From Acholeplasmataceae bacterium (lineage in GTDB: Bacteria > Bacillota_I > Bacilli_A > Acholeplasmatales > Acholeplasmataceae), in assembly GCA_963667565.1 (NCBI GenBank), contig OY763415.1:992001-1056000 (forward strand): DNA of 64,000 nt, given 5' to 3'. A program made the translations under genes and the position numbers. Of the stretch, positions 27,518 through 38,719 are shown one piece after another. Positions within the stretch are counted from its first letter, which is position 1. The number at the start of each line of letters is the position of its first letter. The notes beneath the pieces were generated by a model. The model did no database searches. It was not told the origin of the DNA and saw only the letters and a list, made by a program, of their open reading frames with translations.

Positions 27518-29875
27518 TTAGCTTCTTACTTTAGCGTTAAGTTCTCTCTCTAGTCGAATGATGACTTTTCGCATTAATTTATCGACTTCTTCACTTTCAA
27601 GTGTCTTATTAACATCATTAAAAACAAGGTTAAAAGCAACTGATTTCATACCTTTTTCAATATGAGATCCTTGATATACATCAAAGATACTAAGTGCTTT
27701 GATTTGTTGTCTTACTGTTTGGTTAATTAAAGCCATCATTTTAGCAACTTCGACTTCTTCACTTACGACAACAGCTAAATCTCTTTCAATACTAGGATAT
27801 TTAGAAATCATTTGATATAAGTTTTCTACTTCAACTTCTAGTAATCCTGATAAATCAATTTCTAATATAAATGTTTGATCTAAATCCAATCGTTTAGCTT
27901 CTTTTGGATGTAATTCACCTATGAAACCGACTATTTGACCATTAAAGATCATGTTTGCTTGTCTATATGGATGAAGGAAATCAAAGGCGTTTGTTACTTC
28001 GTAATCAAAGGACATCTTAAATCTTGAAAATGTTTCATCTATCATACCTTTAAGCATGTAAAAATCAGATGATAATCCTTTTTTAGCCCAAGCTTGATTG
28101 TGCCATGTACCTGTAAGTGCAATACCTAAATGATTCTTTTCTAATCCTTTAGCAAACACATGACCAATTTCAAAAATATGAACTTGATGAGCTTGTCGTG
28201 CTTGATTATATTTAATCGTTTCTAACAATCCATTAACTAAACTTTGTCTTAATACTTTTCGATCTTCGGATAAAGGCATTAACAATGATAGTGGTTCACC
28301 TAATTTAATGTATCGATTAGCTTCATCAGGAGATTTTAATGTATATGTAATCACTTCATTTAATCCAAGACTTGCTAAATGATGCTTGATGATTCTTTCA
28401 CGTTTTTGTTTAGATGTCAGATATCCTAGTGTTTCAACATGCTCTTGTTTCATAGGAATCACATTTAAACCATGAATACGTGCAATTTCTTCTAAAATAT
28501 CTGCAGGTATTTTAATATCTTGACGATATGATGGTGGTGTGATTTCAAATCGATCATCTTTTTCTTTAACTTTATAATTTAATTGACTAAAATATCTTAA
28601 TAATGTTTGATGATCAATATCTATGCCTAATAAATCTTGAACATAAGACTTATTAAGATTAATTAAAGCAGGTTCTAATGTGTGATCAACGGCTAAACTG
28701 ATACCTTCATAAACAGTAGCCTCAGCAAGTTCTATTAAAAGTGATGTTGCTAATTCTAATCCAAGTTCAATTCTTTGATCATCAATACCTCTTTCGAATC
28801 GAAGGGATGAGTCACTTCGTAATCCTAAGCGTTTAGATGTATGTTGAATACGCTTTGGTTCAAAATATGCAGCCTCTAACAACACTTTAGTTGTCTTATC
28901 ATCAACCATTGTATTTTCTAATCCCATGACACCAGCAATCGCGATTGGATATTTTCCATTTGTGATCACGACATCGTCGTGTGTTAATTGACGTTCTTGC
29001 CCATCTAATGAGATTACTTTTTCATCATCACGTGCATCTCTAACGACAATCTTTGTTGATCCTATTTTATCTGCATCAAACATATGAAGCGGTGTCCCAA
29101 GCATGATAAGGACGTAATTACTAATGTCAACGACATTATTGATAGGTCTCATTCCATTTGCAATGAGTGCGCTCTTTAACCACCATGGTGATTCCTTAAT
29201 CTTAATTTGATCGATATATCTTGCGCTATATCTACCACAGCCATTTGAATCTATCGTGACTTCAAATGGATTTTTTGTTGTAGCTGTTTTTATTTGATAA
29301 GATGGTGTTTTTACTTTCGTATTTGTTACTGATCCTAAATCAAGTGCAAAACCGTAAACTGACAACAAATCACCACGGTTTGGTGTTAAACCAAGTGTCA
29401 TTTTCCAGCCTTCTAAAGCGAGTACCTCTAGAGCAGGTCTGCCTACTTCCATTTCTTGTGGAAAATAATAAATACCATCTTTGTATGCTTCTGGTATTAA
29501 CTTTTCTTCAAATCCTAATTCTTGAAGTGAACAGATCATACCATTTGATTCTTCACCTCTAATTTTAGATTGTTTAATTTCAAAATTACCAGGTAGAATT
29601 GTACCTACTTGAGCAACAACAACAAATTGATCTTTACCAACATTTGATGCACCACATACGATTTTTTCAATACGATCTCCTAAATCAACAGTTGTTAAAT
29701 TTAGGTGATCTGAGTTTGGATGAGGTTCACAAGTCAATACTTTACCAATCACTAAATTGGTTGATTCATTTACTTTTTCAAATGCTTCAACTTCAATAAT
29801 TTTTTGGTTTGTTACTTCTAAAATATCAGAAGGAATATCAATAAATTCTTTTAATAGTTTTTCTGTAATAATCAT
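27518..29875 (-). CDS. pheT: Phenylalanyl-tRNA synthetase beta subunit
   Basis: tRNA-binding OB domain, TPNRGD, RFERG and C-terminal RDLAVV. Confidence 0.96.
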   Translation of the reverse strand: MIITEKLLKEFIDIPSDILEVTNQKIIEVEAFEKVNESTNLVIGKVLTCEPHPNSDHLNLTTVDLGDRIEKIVCGASNVGKDQFVVVAQVGTILPGNFEIKQSKIRGEESNGMICSLQELGFEEKLIPEAYKDGIYYFPQEMEVGRPALEVLALEGWKMTLGLTPNRGDLLSVYGFALDLGSVTNTKVKTPSYQIKTATTKNPFEVTIDSNGCGRYSARYIDQIKIKESPWWLKSALIANGMRPINNVVDISNYVLIMLGTPLHMFDADKIGSTKIVVRDARDDEKVISLDGQERQLTHDDVVITNGKYPIAIAGVMGLENTMVDDKTTKVLLEAAYFEPKRIQHTSKRLGLRSDSSLRFERGIDDQRIELGLELATSLLIELAEATVYEGISLAVDHTLEPALINLNKSYVQDLLGIDIDHQTLLRYFSQLNYKVKEKDDRFEITPPSYRQDIKIPADILEEIARIHGLNVIPMKQEHVETLGYLTSKQKRERIIKHHLASLGLNEVITYTLKSPDEANRYIKLGEPLSLLMPLSEDRKVLRQSLVNGLLETIKYNQARQAHQVHIFEIGHVFAKGLEKNHLGIALTGTWHNQAWAKKGLSSDFYMLKGMIDETFSRFKMSFDYEVTNAFDFLHPYRQANMIFNGQIVGFIGELHPKEAKRLDLDQTFILEIDLSGLLEVEVENLYQMISKYPSIERDLAVVVSEEVEVAKMMALINQTVRQQIKALSIFDVYQGSHIEKGMKSVAFNLVFNDVNKTLESEEVDKLMRKVIIRLERELNAKVRS

Positions 29876-30891
29876 TATTGGATTTCCCCCTTAAATTGAT
29901 TTAAGAATCTTAAGTCATTCATATAAAAATGTCTAATATCATCAATATTGTATTTTAAGATTGCGATACGTTCAATACCAATACCAAATGCAAATCCAGA
30001 ATATACCTCTGGATCATAACCACCCATTTTAAGCACATTAGGATGAACCATACCAGATCCTAAAACTTCAATATAGCCGATGGTTCCATCTTTTTTTACA
30101 TATGAAACATCAACTTCATAACTTGGTTCAGTGAACGGGAAAAACGATGGTCTTAATCTAATTTCTCGTTGTTCACCAAAAAGATGTTTTGCCATTTTTA
30201 ACAGTGCATCCTTTAAATTAGCAAGTGAAACCTTTTTACCGACAACTAAGCCTTCCATTTGCATGAATTGATGTGAGTGGGTTGGATCATCATCATCTCT
30301 TCTATAAACTTTACCTGGACAAACAATTTTTAAAGGTTGTCCTTTCATACTTAACATGGTTCTTGCTTGAACTGGGGATGTATGCGTACGTAATAATGTT
30401 TCTTCACTAATATAAAAAGTATCTTGCATATCTCTTGCTGGATGATCTTTTTCTAAATTCATCATTTCAAAATTATAAAAATCTGATTCCACTTCTGGAC
30501 CTTCAGCAACTTGATAACCCATACCTATAAATAAATCTTCTAAGTCCTCGATGACTTGAGTTAATGGATGAAGATTACCTGAATAAAGTGTTAACCCTGG
30601 AAGTGTGACATCAATTTTCTCATTTTGTAATACTTCTAAAAGTTTTTGATCTTCTAAGATTTGTTTTTTATTGTATAGTTCTTGTTCAACAATGGTTTTT
30701 GCTTCATTGACTTGTTGTCCAAAAGCAGGTTTTAATTCATCAGGTAAATTTCTAATTTCACCCATCATTAAAGATACTTCTCCTTTTTTACTTAAATACT
30801 TCAAGCGAAGTTCTTCAAGTTCAATAAGCGTTGAAGCAATCTTAATTTCGGTTAGTGCTTTTTTGACTAATGTTTGTAAATTTTCGTTCAT
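29875..30891 (-). CDS. pheS: Phenylalanyl-tRNA synthetase alpha subunit
   Basis: [23 protein letters not shown] and [10 protein letters not shown] motifs. Confidence 0.98.
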   Translation of the reverse strand: MNENLQTLVKKALTEIKIASTLIELEELRLKYLSKKGEVSLMMGEIRNLPDELKPAFGQQVNEAKTIVEQELYNKKQILEDQKLLEVLQNEKIDVTLPGLTLYSGNLHPLTQVIEDLEDLFIGMGYQVAEGPEVESDFYNFEMMNLEKDHPARDMQDTFYISEETLLRTHTSPVQARTMLSMKGQPLKIVCPGKVYRRDDDDPTHSHQFMQMEGLVVGKKVSLANLKDALLKMAKHLFGEQREIRLRPSFFPFTEPSYEVDVSYVKKDGTIGYIEVLGSGMVHPNVLKMGGYDPEVYSGFAFGIGIERIAILKYNIDDIRHFYMNDLRFLNQFKGEIQ

Positions 30892-30911
30892 TTTTTCTCT
30901 CCTTTAATGAA

Positions 30912-31121
30912 TAAAAAAAGTCCCTAGATTAATAATCTAAGGACGAATCATCGTGGTACCACCTTAGTTCTAGAATAAATTCTAGCACTCATTACTCGTA
31001 ACGTGAGTCAGCGGATGTGATTAGCATCTCTCATAGGTGAATTCATTAGGTATTTATTGTATAGATCACACCACCCTATACTCTCTTTAAATAAATCTTA
31101 TCTAATTACTAAGCCTAATCA
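30912..31121 (-). ncRNA. Phe T-box riboswitch
   Basis: AGAGAG and GGTGTGA stem I motifs; specifier GAA-TTC-AC (UUC at 31039-31041); T-box AAGGTGGTACCACG (30952-30965); terminator hairpin with T tract before pheS. Confidence 0.92.
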
Positions 31122-31838
31122 TCAATTTCTTCTTGAAGTTAGAATTGCGAGTAATCTAAGTAGTTCAATGTAAATCCACACGAGTGTAACCATTAAACCA
31201 ACTGCGACAACCCATTCATATGTTTTATCTGCTTGTCCTTCTACGATGCGTTGTGCATTATCAAAATCAATGGTTAACATGAAAGCCCCATAGACAATGA
31301 AGACTGCTGAAATAATAAGCATAAATGTTGTGCTTACTCCATCAAATGCACCAAACAAAGATAGTATACCAAATATTACGAAAAATACAAGGAATCCAAG
31401 TAGTAATGATGTCATAATTCTTCTAAATCGTGAGGTGACACGAATCGCACCACTTGAATATAAGAATAACATCACTGTAAAAATAGCTGCAGTTGCTAAA
31501 ACTGCTGTTAAAGCAATACCTGGATATGCATCATTAAATATTGCTGTAATGGTTCCAAGTAGGACACCTTCAGATAGTGCATATAAGATTCCAAATGGCA
31601 TAGCTAATCTTGGAACTAAAGTACTTACGAGTACTGAAATTAAAGCGACAATCATTGATGTGAATAATAATGGCATAAGGATGTTTGTAAATTGAGTAAT
31701 TGCTAAATACCCACTCACAACAGCAATAAGTAATAACGTAGCCGTTTTTAATATAATACCTTGATAACTTGCTGTTTGATCAACCGCATAAGTATCTTGT
31801 TTTTCTAAATTTCTAAAGACTGGATTTGCTGTACGCAT
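31122..31838 (-). CDS. Bax inhibitor-1/YccA family membrane protein
   Basis: About 7 TM helices; NPVF N-terminus; TLVWIYIELLRLL C-terminus. Confidence 0.85.
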   Translation of the reverse strand: MRTANPVFRNLEKQDTYAVDQTASYQGIILKTATLLLIAVVSGYLAITQFTNILMPLLFTSMIVALISVLVSTLVPRLAMPFGILYALSEGVLLGTITAIFNDAYPGIALTAVLATAAIFTVMLFLYSSGAIRVTSRFRRIMTSLLLGFLVFFVIFGILSLFGAFDGVSTTFMLIISAVFIVYGAFMLTIDFDNAQRIVEGQADKTYEWVVAVGLMVTLVWIYIELLRLLAILTSRRN

Positions 31839-31890
31839 TTCTTCAACTCCTTAATTCTTTTTGGATATCCATATTATATTACACTATATT

Positions 31891-34800
31891 CTATAGTGCA
31901 AACAATCCGGATGATATCACATTATTTTCCGATTTTAATTCATCAAATGAACCATAACCTTCCATTTTTTCAAAAACTGTTTTGTTGATTCTAGTTCTAT
32001 TTTTAACATCTTCTCGTGACACGAAAGGTTTCTCCTTGCGATTTTCAATAATGTCATAAGCAACTTGTGCTCCTAATCCATCAATAGAACTAAATGGCAT
32101 TCTTAAGCCGTCTTCTTCCATTAAGAAGGTCGTTGCATCTGATTTATTAATATCCACTGGTAAAAATTTAAAGCCACGTCTTGTCATTTCTAGTGCGACA
32201 CCTAATGTAACTTGAAGTGCTTGCTCAGTTGCTTTTAAATTAAATTGTTTATCAAATTCAATGAGTTTGTTTCTAATTGCATTAGATCCTTTCATCATTG
32301 TTTCATAATCAAATTGTGAAGCACGTTTTGAAAAAAATCCACTATAGAATAATAAGGGTTTATACACTTTGAACCAAGCAATACGCATCGCCATGATGAC
32401 ATATGCTGTCGCATGTGCTTTAGGGAACATATATTTTATTTGAGTTGCAGACCAAATGTACCATTCTGGTACTTGATTAGTTCTCATTTCTTGTACATAA
32501 TTTAACCATTTTGATGGTTCTTTACTAGGTTTTCCTTTTCTAACAAACTCCATTATTTCAAATGCTCTAAGTGGTAACAATCCTTGTTCAGATAATTGAA
32601 CCATAATATCATCACGACATGCAATAATATCATCAAAAGAAACTTTTCCAAATTCAGTTTTTCCATTAATCAATGCTTGAGCATTAGATAACCAAACATC
32701 TGTACCATGAGATAAACCTGATATTTTAACAAGTCCAGCAAATGTGTTTGGCTTTGTATCTATAAGCATTTGTCTTGTAAATGATGTACCAAACTCTGGA
32801 ATTGCATATGATGCAACATCACTTAATATTTCATCAGATTTGACACCAATGATTTCAGTTCCACTAAATAATTTATATACTCTCGGATCATCAAGTGGTA
32901 TATCTTGAGCTTTTGTAAATGGAAACTCATCTTGATGTAATGTGACATAATCCATTAAGAACTTAATCATCGTTGGATCATCATGTCCTAAGATATCAAG
33001 TTTTAAGAGATTTGCTTCAAATGAGTGATAATCAAAATGAGTTGTTTTCCATTCTGAATTTACATCATCTGCAGGATATTGAACAGGTGTAACGTCAAAA
33101 ATTGTTTTTGATTTAGGTACAATAACAATACCACCAGGATGTTGTCCTGTTGATCTTTTGACACCTTCTATTTTTTTAGCTAATCTTTCAATTTGTGCTG
33201 GTCGTTTAACAAGGTTCTTATCTTCTAAATAACCTTTGACGTAACCAAAAGCATTTCTTTCAGCAACTGTTTGTATTGTTCCTGCTCTAAATGTATGATC
33301 ATCTCCGATAAGTTCACGAACATAAGCATGTGCTTTTGACTGATAATCACCAGAAAAGTTTAAGTCAATATCAGGCACTTTATCACCATTAAAACCTAAG
33401 AAGGTTTCAAATGGAATATCATGACCATCTTTGATTAATGGTTCACCGCAAATTGGACAGTTTTGTGTTGGAAGATCATATCCTGATTGAACATGTTCAA
33501 AATAAGGTTGAAATGCTTTTTCTTCTTCGCTTATTCCATATTCGATTGCTTCTTCATCTGTGAGTTTAAAGACTGTAAAATCAGCATTTTTGCAACGATA
33601 ATGTGGTCTTAGTGGGTTAACTTCTGTAATATCAAGAAGTGTTGCTACAACTGATGATCCAACTGATCCTCTTGAGCCTACTAAATAGCCATCTTCAAGT
33701 GATTTTTTAACGAGTAGATGTGAAACATAGTAGTTAGGTGCAAAGCTGTTTTCAATAATATTTTTTAATTCTCTAGAAACACGTTTAGCAACAATTGGGT
33801 GTGGTTCATTTCCATAGAGTTGTTGCATTTTTTCAAGAACTAATCGTTTGACTTCACTAGATATACTTTGAATGCCTAATTGTTCTTTAAATGCATCATC
33901 AGGAAGTGAGTAAAGATCATTTGGAAATGCTTGAATCGGTTCAATCATTTGATTCAGTATATTTGTATTTTTAACAACAATTTCATATGCCAGTTCCGCA
34001 TCTAAAAAACTAAATGATTGTAACATTTCATCTGTCGTTAAAAAATATTGTTCTGGCATTTGTTTATATTTATTTAATTGATGGATACCTCCACCTACAA
34101 GCGGTGTTCTAATATAGATTTCTCTGTAGAGTACATCTTTTTTCTCTAAATAGTGTACATCTCCTGTAGCAATCACTATTTTATTCAATTCTTTAGCAGT
34201 TTTAATAATTTTCGCAATAATCGCTTCTATAATTTCATCTGCATATTGACCTAAATCTTGTTTTAAGTGTTGATAAGCTTGTGGTGGTTGTACTTCAATA
34301 TAATCATAATATTCAATTGCTTGTCTTAGTTGATCATCGCTTTGATTTAAAGCTGCTTCAAAGACATTACCATTTGCACATCCACTACCAATCAATAAAC
34401 CTTCTCTGTGTTTATCTAAAATCGATTTTAAAGTTCTTGGACCTTTATAAAAATGATCCGTTAAAGCATCTGATATGACCTTAAATAAGTTTTTGTATCC
34501 TTCTTGTGTTTGTGCCAATACATTTAAATGGTAAGGCATGACATGTTTCCATGCTTCTTTAACATCGATTGCTTGATTAAGCTCTTGATATTGTTTAATA
34601 TTAAGTTTAGACAAATCATGTAACATGAGTTGCCAAATTTGTGCAGTAACTTGTGCATCATCTTCGGCTCTATGGTGCTGTTCTTGTTTGACTTTAAAGA
34701 ATTTTGCTACTGCTTTTAAATTAAATCGATTAAGTTGATCACTATAAAAATATCTTGCTAAGCTTAAAGTATCAATGACTTTAGAGTCATTAAAATATAA

Positions 34801-36351
34801 GTCTAATTTTCTTGCATTTTCTCTAATATGTCCTACATCAAAAAGTGCATTATGCGCAACTAAAATCGCATCATTTGCAAATGCTAGAAATTGAGGTAGT
34901 GCTTCATCTATCGTTGGTGCACCTTTTAACATTTCATCAGTGATGTCTGTAAGTTCTGTTGTAAATGTGGATAGGGGTTCATTTGGATTTACAAACAATT
35001 GAAATGATTCTAATATTTCAGATTGTGTCATTTTAACTGCAGCTATTTCTATGATTTTATCTCTTGTTGAAGATAAACCCGTTGTTTCTATATCAAAGAC
35101 AACATAAGTTGCTTCTTTTAATAATATTTCTTCATTTGAATCTGTTGAGATTTTAAACTTTTCTTCATCAACAAAATCTAATTCAACTCCATAGATCGCT
35201 TTAATAGGTTTACCTTTAGTTGATTTATATATATCAGGATATGCATACAAACCATTATGATCTGTAAATGCAATCGCTTCATGCCCCCATCTTAGTGCTT
35301 GACCTACATAATCTGATACATCACCTATACCATCCATATTAGACATTTTGGTGTGTAAATGAAACTCAACTCTTTTTTCTTTTGACTTATCAACGCGTTC
35401 AACATTAGATTTAACTTTATCCATAAAATAAATGGCATCACAAAAAATGACAACATCTTTTTGGTATGTATCAAATGTTGCTCTTCCTTGTACTTGTAAA
35501 TAATCATCATCTTTAATTGAATCTGATAACTCAAAATCTTTTTGTCTACTTAAAAATTTCTTTACAGTAATTGCGTCTTCTTCATCACCTAAAACAAAAG
35601 TGAGGAGCGTTGTATTGGTTAATTTTCTAACTTCTTTTTTAGAGACAGTACCTTCAATTAAAAAGTTAGTGTCTCCTTTTTCATTTTTGTATTTATCTAA
35701 CTGATATTGATCAAGAGGTATTTCAGTTATTGGTACTGCCTTGGGTCTCGTTTTTTTAGAAAATACTTTTTTCTCTGAAATCACTTTTTCTTTAATTGCT
35801 AATTGTTCTTTTTGCTCTAAAACTTTCGCTTGCTCATCAATCGCTTTTGAGATTTTTTGTTTTGTCGGTGTTAACTTATCATCAATCTCAAATGTAATCT
35901 TTGTCTTTATTCCTAATCTAATGAGAACTTCTTCAATATCTTTAAAATAGCTATCTACATAAGTTGAATCTTTATCTACTAAAACAACGACATGTTGATC
36001 TTTATACTGTGCTTTAAAATTCTTAAGAACTAGAAAACTAGATTTAGATTTAGATACTTCAGTATAAGCATATTCATAAAATTTGATGATATATGCACTT
36101 AAACCATCAGTTTTTTCGTAATGAATGTGCGTTTTAACATGCTTAACAACATTTGGAATAAGAAAGAATGTCTTGATTTGTTCTAAAAAAGGAATTAAAA
36201 CATCAGGTCCTATAACATCCTCTAAAAGGATATCAAAAGTAAACGTTTGTGTTTTTGCATCAATAAGAACTTGTTGCAACTTCGATTGCTGAAGCACTGG
36301 ATGATTAAATTTTGATTGCTCTATGAATAAATCAAATTTATTGTTAGACAT
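31891..36351 (-). CDS. polC: DNA polymerase III PolC
   Basis: PHP HLHTKMS, exonuclease FDIETTG, GSRGSVGSS, VPDIDLNF and FPKAHA motifs. Confidence 0.98.
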   Translation of the reverse strand: MSNNKFDLFIEQSKFNHPVLQQSKLQQVLIDAKTQTFTFDILLEDVIGPDVLIPFLEQIKTFFLIPNVVKHVKTHIHYEKTDGLSAYIIKFYEYAYTEVSKSKSSFLVLKNFKAQYKDQHVVVLVDKDSTYVDSYFKDIEEVLIRLGIKTKITFEIDDKLTPTKQKISKAIDEQAKVLEQKEQLAIKEKVISEKKVFSKKTRPKAVPITEIPLDQYQLDKYKNEKGDTNFLIEGTVSKKEVRKLTNTTLLTFVLGDEEDAITVKKFLSRQKDFELSDSIKDDDYLQVQGRATFDTYQKDVVIFCDAIYFMDKVKSNVERVDKSKEKRVEFHLHTKMSNMDGIGDVSDYVGQALRWGHEAIAFTDHNGLYAYPDIYKSTKGKPIKAIYGVELDFVDEEKFKISTDSNEEILLKEATYVVFDIETTGLSSTRDKIIEIAAVKMTQSEILESFQLFVNPNEPLSTFTTELTDITDEMLKGAPTIDEALPQFLAFANDAILVAHNALFDVGHIRENARKLDLYFNDSKVIDTLSLARYFYSDQLNRFNLKAVAKFFKVKQEQHHRAEDDAQVTAQIWQLMLHDLSKLNIKQYQELNQAIDVKEAWKHVMPYHLNVLAQTQEGYKNLFKVISDALTDHFYKGPRTLKSILDKHREGLLIGSGCANGNVFEAALNQSDDQLRQAIEYYDYIEVQPPQAYQHLKQDLGQYADEIIEAIIAKIIKTAKELNKIVIATGDVHYLEKKDVLYREIYIRTPLVGGGIHQLNKYKQMPEQYFLTTDEMLQSFSFLDAELAYEIVVKNTNILNQMIEPIQAFPNDLYSLPDDAFKEQLGIQSISSEVKRLVLEKMQQLYGNEPHPIVAKRVSRELKNIIENSFAPNYYVSHLLVKKSLEDGYLVGSRGSVGSSVVATLLDITEVNPLRPHYRCKNADFTVFKLTDEEAIEYGISEEEKAFQPYFEHVQSGYDLPTQNCPICGEPLIKDGHDIPFETFLGFNGDKVPDIDLNFSGDYQSKAHAYVRELIGDDHTFRAGTIQTVAERNAFGYVKGYLEDKNLVKRPAQIERLAKKIEGVKRSTGQHPGGIVIVPKSKTIFDVTPVQYPADDVNSEWKTTHFDYHSFEANLLKLDILGHDDPTMIKFLMDYVTLHQDEFPFTKAQDIPLDDPRVYKLFSGTEIIGVKSDEILSDVASYAIPEFGTSFTRQMLIDTKPNTFAGLVKISGLSHGTDVWLSNAQALINGKTEFGKVSFDDIIACRDDIMVQLSEQGLLPLRAFEIMEFVRKGKPSKEPSKWLNYVQEMRTNQVPEWYIWSATQIKYMFPKAHATAYVIMAMRIAWFKVYKPLLFYSGFFSKRASQFDYETMMKGSNAIRNKLIEFDKQFNLKATEQALQVTLGVALEMTRRGFKFLPVDINKSDATTFLMEEDGLRMPFSSIDGLGAQVAYDIIENRKEKPFVSREDVKNRTRINKTVFEKMEGYGSFDELKSENNVISSGLFAL

Positions 36352-37126
36352 GTGGTGCTTCTCCTTTTGGAAATATTTTTATCTTTCTATATGCCCAGAA
36401 ATGATAACCATAAACTAATATCATACTGATTGCATTTAAAGAATATAGTCCTAAAAGTATTAAAACAAAATTTGAAAAAATATAGATTGTTGAAATGTAT
36501 GTAGACATTTTAAATCTTATCTTAAATGGAATTCTTATCATTGGTGATAGCAAGCTTGATAATAAAGTCATAATAAAAATAACAACCATGAAATCCACAA
36601 CATAAATGAAATATTGAACAATCATGTCAAATGCAAATAAGAATGTTTGTTGTTCATAGACATCTTTTAACGCGATAGAAATTTGTGAAATATCTTCTGA
36701 TTGTGTAGATGTAAAATCATGTGTTCTAAAATTTAATGCTTGATATGTCATAAAATCTAATTGTTGATCTGCAAGATAAACGCCAATACCTTCACTCTCG
36801 AAATTGAAAGTAACTACATATGGACTTTTGATCTCACCAATAGAAATATTGAAATTCTGTAGTTCAATCGTTTTTGTCTCGCCATAAGTTAAACTATAAT
36901 CATTTAAAGTCACGTCATCAAATCTAAAGTCTGTGAGCATTGCCCTTGATATATCTTCATACATATATACTGCCATAGTCGGTTGTACACTTAAGACAAT
37001 AATACCTGGCAAAATCAAGAAAAAAGGGAGTAAAAATATATATAGAAATATTTTAGACCACGCATCTTTTGCAAAAAAAATAGCCATTGATGGGTTTGAT
37101 AAACTTGTCATGATTTTTCTAAGCAT
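36344..37126 (-). CDS. DUF1189-like membrane protein
   Basis: N-terminal TM helix, soluble loop and three C-terminal TM helices. Confidence 0.55.
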   Translation of the reverse strand: MLRKIMTSLSNPSMAIFFAKDAWSKIFLYIFLLPFFLILPGIIVLSVQPTMAVYMYEDISRAMLTDFRFDDVTLNDYSLTYGETKTIELQNFNISIGEIKSPYVVTFNFESEGIGVYLADQQLDFMTYQALNFRTHDFTSTQSEDISQISIALKDVYEQQTFLFAFDMIVQYFIYVVDFMVVIFIMTLLSSLLSPMIRIPFKIRFKMSTYISTIYIFSNFVLILLGLYSLNAISMILVYGYHFWAYRKIKIFPKGEAPHV

Positions 37127-37196
37127 GTGGTCAACTCCTTTGTTGTTTTATTATATCATATTTATCATTATATGATAAAATGAATTTGGTGAAAAT

Positions 37197-38141
37197 ATGA
37201 ATTTAATGAATCATGAAAAACATTATGTAACTCTTCATAATTATTATAAAAATAAATACCATACTAAGGTTTATAAAATTGCTCTCAATGGTGGTTTTAC
37301 TTGCCCTAATATTGATGGAACAGTTGCATCTGGTGGATGTACTTTTTGTTCATACATGGGTTCTGGCGACTTTGCTGGTAATAAAAGACTTCCTCTAAAA
37401 CAGCAATTTGAAGATATTAAAGAAATGATGCAACTCAAATGGAAAGATGGTTTATATATTGTATACTTTCAAGCAAACACCAATACACATGCCCCACTTT
37501 CTGTATTAAAAGAACTCTATGAAGAAGCAATCACATTAGATGAAAAAATCGTAATGTTATCCATTGCAACCAGACCTGATTCTTTGCCAATAGATGTACT
37601 TGATTATTTAGGTGAATTAAATCAAAGAATGCCATTACAAATTGAATTAGGTTTACAAACCATACATCAAAAAACAAGTGATTTAATCAACCGAGCACAC
37701 GACTTAAAATGCTTTGATGAGGCTGTAAAAGCACTAAGAGATAGACATATAGAAGTTGTTGTACACATCATTAATGGTCTTCCAGGCGAAACCAAAGAAA
37801 TGATGTTAGAAACAATTAAACATATCAACACTTTAGATATTCAAGGTATCAAAATACATATGCTGCATTTGATGCAAAAAACAAAAATGGGACATGACTA
37901 TTTGAAAAACCCTTGGCATATGCTCACTTTAGAAGAGTATGTTGATATCACTGTTGATCAAATATTATGGTTAAGAAAAGATATCATCATTCATAGACTG
38001 ACCGGTGATGCACCTTCTAAGATGCTCATTGCACCTGAATGGACAAGAAAAAAATTTGTCGTTACAAATGAAATTGATAAACGCATGAGATTATTAAATC
38101 TATATCAAGGAGATTATTATGAACAAGCACTCAATCGTTGA
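37197..38141 (+). CDS. ytqA: TIGR01212 radical SAM protein (YtqA/MnmL-like)
   Basis: CPNIDG..GCTFC, YFQANTNT, TRPD and HRLTGD motifs. Confidence 0.88.
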   Translation: MNLMNHEKHYVTLHNYYKNKYHTKVYKIALNGGFTCPNIDGTVASGGCTFCSYMGSGDFAGNKRLPLKQQFEDIKEMMQLKWKDGLYIVYFQANTNTHAPLSVLKELYEEAITLDEKIVMLSIATRPDSLPIDVLDYLGELNQRMPLQIELGLQTIHQKTSDLINRAHDLKCFDEAVKALRDRHIEVVVHIINGLPGETKEMMLETIKHINTLDIQGIKIHMLHLMQKTKMGHDYLKNPWHMLTLEEYVDITVDQILWLRKDIIIHRLTGDAPSKMLIAPEWTRKKFVVTNEIDKRMRLLNLYQGDYYEQALNR

Positions 38142-38664
38142 GCTTTCTCATCTATTGTTGCGTGATGTTATTAAGCCTCATCATGTGATCATTGATGCTA
38201 CTGTAGGGCATGGTTATGATACACTTTATATTGCATCATTAGCCGATAAAGTGATTGGTTTTGATATCCAAAAATTAGCAATTGATTCGACTATGGAAAA
38301 AATTATTCATATGCACCTTGATAATGTTGAACTTATATTAGATTCACATAGAAATTACCAACAATATGTATCTTCTTATGATGGTGTAGTGTTTAATTTA
38401 GGATACTTGCCACATGGCGATAAGAAGATTCATACTCAAAGTGAAGAGACGGTGCATACCATCAAATCAATGCTAGATAATTTAAACTCGCTTGGATTTA
38501 TGTTGATAGTTGTTTATCCTGGACATGATGAAGGATATCAGGAATCATTAATGATTGATTCTTTAATATCTTCATTAGATCGTCATCAGTTTCATACACT
38601 AAAACTCACACTTCCATATCAGCCAAATAATCCACCTTATATCCTACATATTTTAAAAACATAA
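38119..38664 (+). CDS. ytqB: SAM-dependent methyltransferase (YtqB/MnmM-like)
   Basis: IDATVGHGYDT, FNLGYLP and YPGH motifs; overlaps ytqA. Confidence 0.85.
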   Translation: MNKHSIVELSHLLLRDVIKPHHVIIDATVGHGYDTLYIASLADKVIGFDIQKLAIDSTMEKIIHMHLDNVELILDSHRNYQQYVSSYDGVVFNLGYLPHGDKKIHTQSEETVHTIKSMLDNLNSLGFMLIVVYPGHDEGYQESLMIDSLISSLDRHQFHTLKLTLPYQPNNPPYILHILKT

Positions 38665-38719
38665 AAAGCCACCTATAAGATGGCTTTTTTTATTGCCCAT
38701 AAAGGGACATTATGGGAGA

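Noticed and set aside
31891..36351. Intein in PolC
   Set aside because: Length is close to ordinary PolC and no intein splice-junction or LAGLIDADG motifs were seen.
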